From Eledone cirrhosa (Eukaryota), in assembly GCA_964016885.1 (NCBI GenBank), contig CAXHJY010000518.1:101211-165210 (forward strand): 64,000 nt of DNA, read 5' to 3'. Under the pieces are notes generated by a model. That model made no database searches. It saw nothing but the letters and a program-made list of their open reading frames with translations, and was not told the DNA's origin. Shown piece after piece: positions 52,108 through 64,000 of the stretch. Both the position numbers and the translations under genes were made by a program. Position 1 is the stretch's first letter; every line of letters starts with the position of its first letter.

Positions 52108-55100
52108 TTGCCTTCCGATATGATGGATGAACTACGGAATTCTGGAGAGTCTGAAAAATCTGGACACTCAGTGACAATGCCAAAGATACAGACAAATTCA
52201 CCTCATGCTGCCGGACGAAAATCCAAGGACTCCTCTTTATTTCGGCTGCAGATGGCCAACATAACCCCATCTCCCTCACCCCTTCCTGCGCCCCACCGTT
52301 CCCACCCACCAAACGCAATCCAAAACTTCAGAGTTGGTACCATGAATGTAGGCACCTTAAAAGGTTACTCTAACGAGGTTGTAGAAATGCTTGAGCATAA
52401 GGAGGTCGATGTTTGCTGTATTCAAGAGACCAGGTGGAGGGGTGGGTCTGCTAGATTCGTTGTGGGTAAAAAACGATGCTATAAGCTTTTCCGAGTGGGA
52501 AATGACAATGGGCTGGGTGGAGTAGGAATTATGCTAGCTGAAAAATGGGCAGATAAGATAATAGACATAAATAGAGTGAACGACAGAATAATTAAAATAA
52601 GACTTGTCCTAAATAGAACTACTGTGACAATAATATCTGCATACGCACCCCAATCTAGACTGCCTGGCGTTATAAAAGACAGATTCTATGAATCATTAAT
52701 GCTCACTACCTCCCAAATAACCGACAGTGACTACATAATTATTGCTGGCGACCTAAATGGTCATGTTGGACAACATTGTGATGGCTATGACGGAATCCAT
52801 GGAGGCTATGGGTTTGGTACTAGAAATGAGGAAGGCTCCAGAATCCTGGAACGCAAATAACCTGTAACACTAACTTCAAAAAACGAGACAATCACTTGAT
52901 CACATATAGATCAGGGGAACACGCCAGTCAGATAGAATATATCCTTACCAGAAGACGTGATAGAGTGTCTGTTGTAAATATTAAATCCCTCCCCCATGAA
53001 GAATGCACCTCCCAACATACTCATAGTTAGTGACCTCATAGTCAGGACAAGGCGTACTCGACAACAGAGGAAGACTATCCTTAGGAGAAAAATATGGAAG
53101 CTAAAAGACACCACAGCCAGTAATAAATTTAAAAGCATATTACTTGATGCTTTTGACAGTAAGGAAGAGCAATTTGAGTCATACAATATAGAGGAACAGT
53201 GGGAATTCCTGAAAGCTAACCTGCTGAAGGCGACAGATGAAATCTGTGGCTGGAGCAGACCTATAGGCAGGAGGAGAGTAATGTGGTGGTGGAACAGTAA
53301 TGTGGAGGAGGCAATCAAGGCCAAAAAGCAGGCTTGGAAAGTATGACGGGATGGGGAAAGTAGAGAAGACTATCAAGTGGCCAGGAGGGAAGCTAGGAGA
53401 CAAGTGTACTTCGCAAGAAGGGAAGCAGAAGAAAGTTCAAGCATGTTCTACAACGCGAGGACCAAAAACGTGAGGTGTTCAGGATTGCTAGGCAATGTGT
53501 CAAGGAAAACCGTGATATTGTCGGGGAGAAGTGTGTCCTTAATGATGATGGTGTACTTGCCATCACTGACGCTGATAAGAAGGTAGCTTGGAAGTGTCAC
53601 TATGAAAGGCTACTAAATGAGGAGAATAAATGGGAGAAAGACAGTCTCCCCACATCGATCCAATAGAGGGACCAGCCGTACAAGTTGAAGGTAGTATAAT
53701 GAGTAAGGCAATCAAAGATATGAAGAGGGGCAAGGTGGCTGGGCCTTCGGAAATAGTTGCTGAAATTCTGAAAGCATCTGGAACGGTGGGACACACCATG
53801 GTCACCTGGATAGTAAATCAAGTCATACAGAATGGAGTCGTACCGAAGGACTGGCGTAGCAGCATCATCATTAACTGTTACAAGGGTAAAGGAGATGCCC
53901 TAGATAGGGGAAACTATAGAGGCATTAAATTAATTGACCAGGTGATGAAGGTCACAGAAAAAGTAATAGCGCAAATAATCAGAGAGCGAATTGATCTGGA
54001 TGAAATGCAGTTCGGGTTTGTGTCAGGTAAAAGTACCACAAACGCTCTTTTCATTGTACAACAACTACAGGAGGTGTACCTAGCTAAAAGTAAACCCCCT
54101 ATACTTAGCTTTTATTGACTTGGAGAAAGCCTTTGACAGAGTCCCACGCCCCATTATCTGGTGGGCTCTCAGAAAACTAGGTGTTGATGAATGGCTTGTG
54201 AGAGCTATACAAGCCATGTATAAAGAAACAGTCAGCAAGGTTAGAATTAACAACGAATATAGTGAAGAGTTTAGCGTAAAAGTTGGTGTTCATCAGAGCT
54301 CCGTCCTTAGCCCCCTCCTATTTATTATTGCCCTTCAGGCTATAACAGAGGAGTTCAAGACCGGCTGCCCATGGGAACTCCTATACGCTGATGATCTAAC
54401 GCTTATAGCTGAATCAATGGCTGAACTAGAGAAGAAATTCCAAACATCGAAGCATGGCCTAGAATCAAAAGGCCTTAAAATTAACCTGTCTAAGACTAAA
54501 GTTCTAGTATGTAGGAAGGAGAATAGGGCAGTGGTCCCATCTGGGAAATGGCCATGCACAGTGTGTAGGAAAGGAGTAGGCAGAAACTCCATTTTGTGTC
54601 CCAAATGCAAAGTATGGGTGCATAAAAGATGTAGTGGGATCACAGGTAAGCTAACTAAGAATATAGATTTTATATGTGGCCGGTGCTCAGGTGCAATAAG
54701 TAGCAGCAAGTGCCCACTGAATACTAGCTCAATCCATTGCACAGATTGTTCTATAGAAATAGTGGACACCTTCCGTTACCTGGGTGACAAAATCAGCAGT
54801 GGGGGAGGGTGCTCTGAAAGTACAGTAGCTAGAGTCAGAACGGGATGGAAAAAGTTCAGAGAGCTTATACCACTATTGGCCACTAAAAGTTTCTCTCTAA
54901 AAATGAAAGGCAGGCTGTATGATGCCTGCATACAAACAGCAATGTTACATGGCAGTGAGACTTGGGCATTGTGTGCAGAGGATCTATGCAGACTGAAGAG
55001 GAATGAAGCTTGCATGCTCCGTTGGGTGTGTAATAGTAAAATACGTGAACGGCAAAGCATAAATGAACTAACTGAGAAATTAGGAATAAGAGGGATCAGA

Positions 55101-55721
55101 TGCTGTTTACTCGAGAGAAGACTACATTGGTATGGTCACGTGATGCCCATGAAAGACGACAGCTGTATAAAAAAGTGCATGGCGATCAAAATAATCAGTA
55201 GCCACGGAGTAGGCAGACCCAGAAAAACCTGGGACGACTTGATAAATTCCAACCTCGCACACTTACGCCTCTCCAAGACAATGTCACTGGACCGAGATAT
55301 TTAGCGCTACGCAGTAATACAGAAGACTCGCCTTGCCTAAGTGTAAAGCGAAACCTACAGTCAGTGGTCACCTCTTACCAAAATACACCCCCGTCCCACT
55401 ACCCCCACCCCATCCACATCACCTTTCGATGTAAAGTTATGTTGGTACCACTACATCCAGTCCTAAATAAATGAGGTCGTGTAGGTGTCATGACAAAAAT
55501 AACACACAGTCCACGCTGTAATGTGGCCATGTAGGTAACACGGTAAAAACCTCCCAGTCCACACTGTAAACGTGGTTGGTGTTAGGAAGGGCATCCAGCT
55601 GTAGGAAACCCACCAGACTGTCTTATACGAGCAAGACAACCAATCTTGCCTCAAGTGGGATAATTCCCGTCCAAACCCATGCTAGCGTGGAAGATGGACG
55701 TTAAACGATGATGATGATGAT
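52108..55721 (+). mobile_element. Full-length but decayed RTE LINE (APE + RT + PHD-type finger) with several frameshifts and stops
   Basis: Motifs VGTMNVGTL, CCIQETRW, AGDLNGHVG and LLYADDL, split across ORFs 52108, 52996, 53475, 53630 and 54120. It ends in a (GAT)n tail. Confidence 0.92.
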
Positions 55722-55722
55722 G

Positions 55723-55770
<48 letters not shown>

Positions 55771-55776
<6 letters not shown>

Positions 55777-56130
55777 CATGCATACATTTATTTTTTTAAA
55801 TTAATTGAGTTCTTAACACGCGGAATTGATAATGGTTTTGAAATAAGTAATTAACCCACGTGTATTAAATATTTTACTCTTAATTTGGCCGGAGATTTAC
55901 ATTCCCAAATGCTTTTTAAAGCGTAACTTTCCGTATTTGTTGCAGTTATGAGATATTGTTTGTTTATTTAGGTATCACTTCTCTGTTTTTAGCCTAAGAA
56001 AATATCTATATGTGTGTGTAATTAATACACGCATACATTTATTTTTTTTAAATTAATTGAGTTCTTAACATGCAGGATTGATAATGTTTTTGAAAAAACT
56101 AATTAACCCACGTGTATATTATTTTACTTT
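55771..56130 (+). repeat. ~105-bp imperfect direct repeat (55775-55879 / 56026-56128)
   Basis: gcatacatttatttttttaaattaattgagttcttaaca...aattaacccacgtgtat occurs twice. Confidence 0.75.
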
Positions 56131-56616
56131 TCTCATGACTCGAGGTTGTCTCCCTTTTCCGCTTCGTGACGCTATGATACTTCCTCAGTCAAAAGACTGC
56201 TGGAATTTCAAATTTGGCGGTCATTCGATGCGTGAAGGGACGACTTAGCTGACACGAAAATTAACTGCGGTAAGGAATTTTATCTCATATCAAAGTTTAA
56301 TGGGCTTCCACTGACGATTTATAAGTGCCCACCTAAATATATTCTTACATGAAAATATGTTAGGCTTCTACATAAACTGGAAACATTCTCCCAACTTGTA
56401 GAAAACTTATAATGAAACAATTGTTTGGAAAGAGAGATATATTTTAACTTTAATTATATCTCATATAAAATAATACAACTCGCTTTCCACAAAATACATA
56501 TAGTTAGCACCCCAGACACTAAATTGGGCTTATACTAACGTATAATCTAATGTTTGTTGAGTGAGATGGTTACCAGTCGGAGTTTAGCTTAAAGCTTTCT
56601 CTGTTATTGTATTAAA

Positions 56617-56667
<51 letters not shown>

Positions 56668-57944
56668 AATGAAATAACAGGAGGCTGGACTGGTGTAAAT
56701 CCTTGAAAGGTTTATTATACTATGATCATTTCAATGACCGGGTTCCATATGAATCCGGTGATATCATCAGATATTGGAATATAACAAAGGAATATGTAAA
56801 AAGCCATGGGTCCGAAAAATTAGGGCCAGGCTGACTGACTAGCTTCTCAGCCAGCCGCCCTCAAATTGTTGGCAACTGAAAAACTACCAATGAATATCTG
56901 GTGAGGGGACGAAGGCTTACAATGCGCTACCACCACTCCGTCAAAGAAGAAGGGGAAGAAAGAAAGGGAGAAAGAAGTGTAGTGTAAGTGTCAAACTACA
57001 TTCATGCTAGAAAATGCCGCGAAAAATGCTACCCAAAGAATCTATAATGGGTGTCTGTATGGTCCAATGTGTGAACCGAAGATTGGAACGTTAAATTTAT
57101 GTTGCGAGTTATAGGATGAAATTAAATTAAATTAAAAATATTAAATTGCAAAATGGTAAATTGAAAAATAGAGGTAGCGAGATTTATTTATTTAATGAAA
57201 TTACGGAGAGTCTTATATGAGAAAAATGTTTACATATTAGGATGGGATATAGAGTAAAGATTTTGATTGGGAGTCCCAGCCAGCACACCCACCACAATGA
57301 GTCAGCCAGTCTCGAGTGGTATCGTCCAGCGAAAGAAATGGAAATTAATTTTTCCGAGTACTCTAGGAACGTAGCTAACTTTGGCCCCGGGATCGCTAGC
57401 GCGAACTCCACAATTTCGACAGGCCATCGTCTATACCACGAATAGTATTAAATCACACATGAGGGGTTTATTTACATGTCAGTGGAGGCATGACACAGCT
57501 AATAGTCATGCCCAAACCTGGAGTTTGTACAAGTATAATGTGGCAGCCAAAACAGGCGGCGCGGTGCGACCGGAGCAAAGCAAGCTGCTCCGAGTAATTT
57601 CATTTACCGAAAGAGCAGAAATTTATTTTTCGATCACTCAAGGAAGGCTGAACTTTCCGAGTGCCCAGCACGCAGCCGGGAAAAGTCACCACACAAGTCG
57701 AAGGTAACAACCCAGTGAAAAGTGCAAATAGACCAAAATTATTTTAAAGTCCCAGTTAGTCCGGGTTATAGGTAGTGTGGATCTTAGGTGGGTAGGGGGC
57801 TATGAAAGGTGCATAATGACCTGAGTAAGGAAAAGTTACAAAAAAATACGAAAAAATATGAAAAAATAATATAAAGCTAGAATACATTGATGAAAATACA
57901 TTAATAAAATAATAAAAAATACATTAATGAGATAGAAAAAATTA

Positions 57945-58016
57945 ATTGTTTCTACTTTAGGCACAAGGCCAGCAATTACTCAGTGCATTACTGGTACTTT
58001 ATTTTATCGACCCCGA
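57945..58016 (-). mobile_element. 3' fragment of the SINE family at 51858
   Basis: Reverse complement matches 51976-52047. Confidence 0.75.
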
Positions 58017-58601
58017 GATAGAAAAAAATTAATAAAAGTATATAAGAATCAATATAGATCAAGTTGTAGTAAGATAATACAAGTTGTGCATATAGAAATA
58101 GATATAGAGGATGGAGGAGATGGAATGGTAACAGGTTGTACCTAGTGTAAAGTTCAGTGCTAGTCACAAAAAGTCCTGAGTATAGAGTAGAGAATTCAAT
58201 CAATACAATACATGTTTTAGTATAATACGTAAAGTTTTGTCGGAATTGGAATCATCCCGACAAGGAAAGTAGTATCAGGTGGCGGTAGATAAGGCGCAGA
58301 GCAGCCAAAATCCAAATGGTAAGTAGATCAGTTAATCCCATGCTGGCAATAGCTGTACACTGAAGTCAGTGCCGCTGTTCAATATTACATTTTGAAGTGC
58401 TCAACATTATAGGAGCATTATTTCTTAAGGTTTGTTGGTTCACCACTGGATAGAACTGGTCATACAGTATGGTCAATCCTTGTGAAGAGTACTCAATGCA
58501 GTGCAGTTCACCCATCTTCGTTTGTGTAGTTGTTGGTGCGAATACGGAGTTAATTATAAATGAAACCCATGGCTTTTTACATATTCCTTTGTTATATTCC
58601 A

Positions 58602-58659
58602 ATACCTGATGATATCACCGGATTCATATGGAACCCGGTCATTGAAATGATCATAGCAT
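58602..58659 (+). ncRNA. Type I hammerhead ribozyme; mirror copy at 56717-56774 on the minus strand
   Basis: atac-CTGATGA-tatc-accgg...ccggt-catt-GAAA-tgatcATA-gcat, with palindromic helix III ATGATCAT. The mirror copy has helix I atat/gtat. Confidence 0.75.
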
Positions 58660-59009
58660 AATAAACCTTTCAAGGATTTACACCAGTCCAGCCTCCTGTT
58701 AATTCATTTATAATTAACTCCGTATTCGCACCACCAACTACACAAACGAAGATGGGTGAACTGCACTGCGTTGAGTACTCTTCACAATATTACACCAGGA
58801 TTGACCATACAGAATGACCAGTTCTATCCAGTGGTGAACCAACAAACCTTAAGAAATAATACTCCTATAATGTTGAGCACTTCAAAATGTAATATTGAAC
58901 AGCGGCACTGACTTCAGTGTACAGCTATTGCCAGCATGGGATTAACTGATCTACTTACCATTTGGATTTTGGCTGCTCTGCGCCTTATCTACCGCCATTA
59001 TTATTGATT

Positions 59010-59046
<37 letters not shown>

Positions 59047-59090
59047 GTATATATATATGTACATATATATGTATATATATATATATATAT

Positions 59091-59849
59091 ATAAATCAAT
59101 AATAATGAGTTCAAAACTCAGGCAGTCTTTTACAATGAAATAGCTCAAAGAAAGAGTATTTCTGAGCCGTGTAATACAAGTTATTATAAATTAATATATT
59201 TGATAAACACAAATACCAACATATTCATGTTTGTATTGTAAATGACCAAGTTAGCTAGATTGAAATATACTAATAATAATATTACAGTTTGCCTGTCTTG
59301 ATTTAAGCTAATAAATCAACAAAAACAAATCGTATTGGCAATGGCCGTGGTGCTTGGACAAATTTAGATTTCAAAATCAAACCTGTTCCGTAGACAGTCT
59401 TAAACCATAAAATCCAAATATGTTTCGAATAATGAAGAAGTGGAAGAAATACCGCATTTTGATTCCTCAGCAAGCACTATAAAAATTGGTATGTTCCATT
59501 TCAAAATATTTAGAAAGACTGTTTAACGCACGAGGTATTTCACGCGGTTATCCAGTGTCTAGCTAGCCTCATACTCATGCTGCTAGAAATAACAGCCGTT
59601 TGTATGGGGCTAAATTCAGCTCAATAAAGGAGCAGTGATAAATCAATAATAATGAGTTCAAAACTCAGGCAGTCTTTTACAATGCCAATACGATTTGTTT
59701 TTGTTGATTTATTATCTTAAATCAAGACAGGCAAACTGTAATATTATTATTAGTATATTTCAATCTAGCTAACTTGGTCATTTACAATACAAACATGAAT
59801 ATGTTGGTATTTGTGTTTATCAAATATATTAATTTATATTAACTTGTAT
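59091..59849. repeat. Mixed direct (59091-59137 / 59638-59684) and inverted (59174-59341 / 59683-59849) repeat
   Basis: Direct inspection. Confidence 0.75.
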
Positions 59850-59879
59850 ATATATATGTATATATATATATATATATAA

Positions 59880-61268
59880 TATATAAGATCAAAAGATGGT
59901 TAAATGAGTTCCATGTATTTTATTATGCGCATTTCAAAAACAAATATCATCATGCAATAACATTTGTGTTTTCATCAGATAAAATAGGAGGACATGATAT
60001 GAAGGTTAAAAAACACTTGTGGATAGTGCAGTTTTAAATCAACATATGAAAAGTAGTTTTAGATTGATGTCTGATATTGGGAAAAAAAAAAAATTTGAGG
60101 GGGGTGGTGGAAAGGATGAAAAAGAGGAGGAGATGAGAGTAAAAAGTGGAGGGGGGGGAGTATAGTGAGGAAGGATGAGATAGGAGGAGAGATGGGTGAT
60201 AGAGAGAGAGAGATAGCTTTTATAACTGAGAAAAATATATTGTTTTACATAGAGAGGTTGAAAAAACCATTGGAAGATAATGTATAAATTAAAAGAATTT
60301 GAAAATTTACGAAGAGAAATATAATGCAAAGTTAAGGTTTGTATATTGAAGGGTTTAATAATATGTGCGATGAAAAGAAATTGTTAATATGTATTAAGAA
60401 TAATATTTAAGGGTTTAATAATATGTGCGATGGAAAGAAAATGTTAATATGTATTAAGAATAATATTTAAGGGTTTAATAATATGTGCGATGGAACGAAA
60501 ATGTTGATATGTATTATTAAAAAAAACAAGTGATGTAAGTAAAGATATATTGTGAGATGGGCATGAATAAGTTAGATGAAAGGGAGAAAAAAATAATCAA
60601 TAGAGGATGAATAATCTAACGTCAAAAAAATGTTTATGTTTACGATTTTTTCAAGGTGATATGAAGTAAGAATATAGTGTATGTGTAATAATTGTTTCTA
60701 TGTTAGGCACAGTGAGAAAAGGTACAGATTAGGGGTTAGAAATTAGGAGTGATGTAGAATATAATAAATATAATAAATAACTTTGAAATAAGGTAGAAAG
60801 ATGGGTATATTTTTAAAGAAGTATATATATATATGTGCCTTTGAGAAAAGGATTCTGAATTGATGAAGTTTATCATATTAGCTGTATACTTTATGGAAAG
60901 TTCTGTGGAATTTATGCAAGCAGATAGAAAACACGTCAGTGCGTCTATTTATTATAGAATCTAAATTAGAATTAATGGTAAATGTTTCATTTAGACAGAG
61001 ATTGCAAGTCTTAGATAGAGAACTGTTCAAGTATGAAGAAGCAGAGGAAATCCTTTTTCCAAGAGATGTTATATTTAATATTTTTGTCTTTCAAGGACCA
61101 TATGAGTTCTGAGAGAGCCGTGTTGGTTCTTTTAAGTTTATATTTAAAAGACAAATGATGATTATAAAGACGAGCTTTAAAGGAGGTGGAAGTGGAGCCA
61201 AAATAGGTGAAGGAATTGGTGTCAGTTATAACTTTACATTCGTAAATTAAGTTTTTATCAAGACAGTC
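59880..61268 (-). mobile_element. 5'-truncated PLE of the same family as 41557 (GIY-YIG remnant 60878-61268, UTR with 60-bp repeat x3, HHR)
   Basis: The minus strand reads [36 protein letters not shown]. The 3' region is homologous to 44300-44720. Confidence 0.85.
59916..59986 (-). ncRNA. Type I hammerhead ribozyme
   Basis: tattttat-CTGATGA-aaacacaaatgttatt-gcat-gatgatatttgttttt-GAAA-tgcgcATA-ataaaata, with perfect palindromic helix III ATGCGCAT. Confidence 0.85.
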
Positions 61269-61338
61269 CTACAAACTGTAGAGTGCTTCTTATCCGATAT
61301 CTGCATTGCTTTATTGTACTACAATAAAACTCACCTCC

Positions 61339-61423
<85 letters not shown>

Positions 61424-61436
61424 GTATATACATATG

Positions 61437-61470
<34 letters not shown>

Positions 61471-61474
61471 AAAT

Positions 61475-63300
61475 ACGTAGTTAAGAAAGCCACAACAATG
61501 CAGAGGGAAATCTCGAGGTAGGAAGTGAAAGATAGATAGGAAAAACAGGTGAAAGTGAAAATTGAGAGAGACAAAGATGAAAACAAAACAAAGGTAGAAG
61601 GGTTACCGTAGTGGAGATTTAATCCCAATATTTCGGGCTCACGCCCATCAACGGGGGAAAGTTCCAAAAGGGGGGGAACAGGCCAAGCGGAGAAAGTTGT
61701 GATGTCGTTAAGACAGGAATGCCGTTATGGGGAGAAAATTATTTAAAATTTAAACGAGGGAAAGAATGCGCGTGCGCGTGATAGGCTGTGGCAAAAGCTA
61801 CTGACCAAATGGGTTAAATCAAGAGGGTGCGCTAGCGTGTGAAAGCCGTAAGATATGTGTGTGTAAATATATATGTGTGTGTAACTGTGTGTGTATAAGT
61901 GTAAGTGTGTATATGTGTGAGTGTGTGTGTGTGTGTGTGAAAGATAGTGGGCTGTAGAAGCTGGAAATCAAAGGGTGTGAAAGGTGGTAGGTTGTAAAAC
62001 ATGTGTGCGTGTATAAATATAGATGTGTGTGTGTAAGCGTATGGGTATACATGTGTGTGTAACTGTGTGTATATGTGTGAGTGCGTTTGTGTGTGAAAGA
62101 TAGTGGGCTGTAGAAGCTGGAAATCAAAGGGTGTGAAAGGTGGTAGGTTGTAAAAACATGTGTGCGTGTATAAATATAGATGTGTGTGTGTATGCGTATG
62201 GGTATGCATATACGTGCGTGTGTGTGAAGATAGCAGGCCGTAGGCTGTGAATGGTCACTATGGTTAAGTTAGCCATGTCAGCTCATTTCTCTCAGCCCGG
62301 TTGTTAAGTGGGGGTCTGAGGTTCTTAATAACAAGTGCTTCCTTTATCCTTAAGGATCCGATGCTGCGTTCAGTCGCTAGGACTGTGACCAAGGGTCTAC
62401 CCTGTGGGTTTCCGCATTTAAGGATGTGTTTACAGAAGGAAGATGCGTTGGTGTTGATATGTTCCTTGATACGAACATGTAGGGGTCGGATGGTGCTACC
62501 TATGTAAAACTTGTTACATTTATCGCATTGAATCTTATATACGACATAGGTGCGTAGGCAATCTGCCCCCCCGTATCGGGCAGTTGCTGAGGGAACACGT
62601 CCCATCTGACTCGTCGGGTTTATTGGAGAGGCATCTTCGCAGCGAAGGTCCTGTGTGGGCCAAATGTATGTCAAGTCCCTCCGGCCGTATGGCCCTGCGG
62701 ATGGCGTTCGTGGTGTATTCACTCAGGTGGGGGATTTTAAAGAAGCACCTGCTTTTATTTAAGTTTCTAGTGGGTGTCTGTCTATTGGGTCTGGGGTCTC
62801 TAATTCCGTTAATCAGTCGCTTGGGATAACCATTAGATCTGAGTAGATTACGGAATTGCGTGATATGGGTGAGACCACCCATCGGGTCGCTGCATCTGTT
62901 AGTGATCCGTGTCAGTTCATTTAGGACATAGCCTCTCTTAGCGTTGTTGGGGAGGGCTGAGTTATAATGCACAAATAAGTCCTTGCATGCTGCTTTGCGG
63001 TAGAAGGTGGTGTTTATGTCTCCTTCTTCCGAGATGTTGATACGGAAGTCGAGGAGGGCGAGTGACCCGTCTTCTCCTGGGTGTTCGATGGTGAAATCGA
63101 CGTGATGGTCAGTATCATTGAAGATTTGGTGAATTTCATTCGCCATCTCCCGGGAAGAAGTAAGTATCAGGATGTCATCAACGTATCTGGAGTAGAAGGC
63201 GACGGCGTTGGGTTGGCAGGTATTGAGTGCCTTGCGTTCCAGGTGGTCCATGTACGAGATCGCAAGTATGCCGGACAGACTAGAGCCCATAGGTAGCCCA
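61475..63300 (-). mobile_element. 5'-truncated PLE of another family (RT + GIY-YIG, one frameshift near 62570, 3' UTR with ~150-bp duplication)
   Basis: MGSSLSGILA, YSRYVDDI, LALLDF, FYRK and NGYP, then VVYKIQCDKCNKFYIGSTIRPLHVRIKEH...EALVI...LN. Confidence 0.88.
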
Positions 63301-63305
63301 ATCTC

Positions 63306-63352
63306 TAGAGTTAATACAGAGGTTAACGAATTAATATACGCATATATCTACG

Positions 63353-63402
<50 letters not shown>

Positions 63403-63644
63403 AATATATATACACATATATGTGAACATAGACACATACATACACATCAATATACACTCGTACAAAAATATACATACATGCAAAGAGAAAAGCGTGCTAA
63501 TTGTAGTTATGGCAAAAAGAAGGTAAAGTAACATTGCCATAACTACAATTAGCACGCTTTTCTCTTTGCATGTATGTATATTTTTGTACGAGTGTATATT
63601 GATGTGTATGTATGTGTCTATGTTCACATATGTGTATATATATT

Positions 63645-63697
<53 letters not shown>

Positions 63698-63733
63698 GCA
63701 TATATTAATTCGTTAACCTCTGTATTAACTCTA
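63306..63733. repeat. ~430-bp fold-back with an 18-nt loop, abutting the PLE truncation point
   Basis: tagagttaatacagagg...gtagttatggcaa pairs with ttgccataactac...cctctgtattaactcta. Confidence 0.88.
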
Positions 63734-64000
63734 CAACTATTGAGCTTTGACAGTGGTCCCACTCATGTATACTGTTGAAGATGAAGAGAAAGACTGTAAA
63801 AACTAGCTTATCTTTATAATTTAAAATTGATACACACTACGATACTTTTTGCCTTATGACAGCTGATTTTCACGCCGTAACATTAGATACATTATATACC
63901 CCCCACCTAAGTAATGTCAGGGTCTCCTTAAATAGTTTATTGATAGCATTGTTGTAATAATTGTTGTTGTTATTGTTCTAATTGAATGCCATAACTATTC

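Larger units (their letters stand above)
56664..58997. mobile_element. Non-coding composite fold-back with overlapping inverted repeats (56664-56811 / 58565-58712 and 58280-58564 / 58704-58997)
   Basis: Both arm pairs are visible as reverse complements. The first pair carries an HHR, and (TA)n flanks the element. Confidence 0.75.

Noticed and set aside
55825-55858. TTGATAA...GAAA as another U3-A8 HHR
   Set aside because: No helix II or helix I pairing.

Overview
Eukaryotic, AT-rich, gene-free stretch made almost entirely of retroelements inserted into (TA)n/(TATATG)n microsatellites. The SINE, LINE and microsatellite makeup resembles an octopus (coleoid cephalopod) genome; this is an inference. 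No host protein-coding gene is supportable, and most ORFs in the track are microsatellite read-through. Contents: (1) RTE-clade LINEs (8281-11169, 28501-29500, 37652-40699, 52108-55721, plus several isolated 3' tails), the three long ones with a C4HC3 PHD-type finger inserted inside the RT. (2) CR1/L2-group LINE fragments. (3) At least seven Penelope-like element (PLE; RT + GIY-YIG) copies or remnants, including one with an uninterrupted ~1150-codon ORF and 1.56-kb inverted arms (45298-50908). (4) tRNA-derived SINEs. (5) About 20 type I hammerhead ribozyme (HHR) motifs found by eye. These include tandem HHR pairs that would release 310-, 472- and 189-nt non-coding monomers (retrozyme-like), non-canonical U3-A8 core variants, and HHRs with very long helix II. 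Several HHR-bearing fold-back elements share one asymmetric design: one arm ends flush on (TA)n while the other carries an extra 3' tail. All pairings were done manually; no folding, alignment or database search was run.
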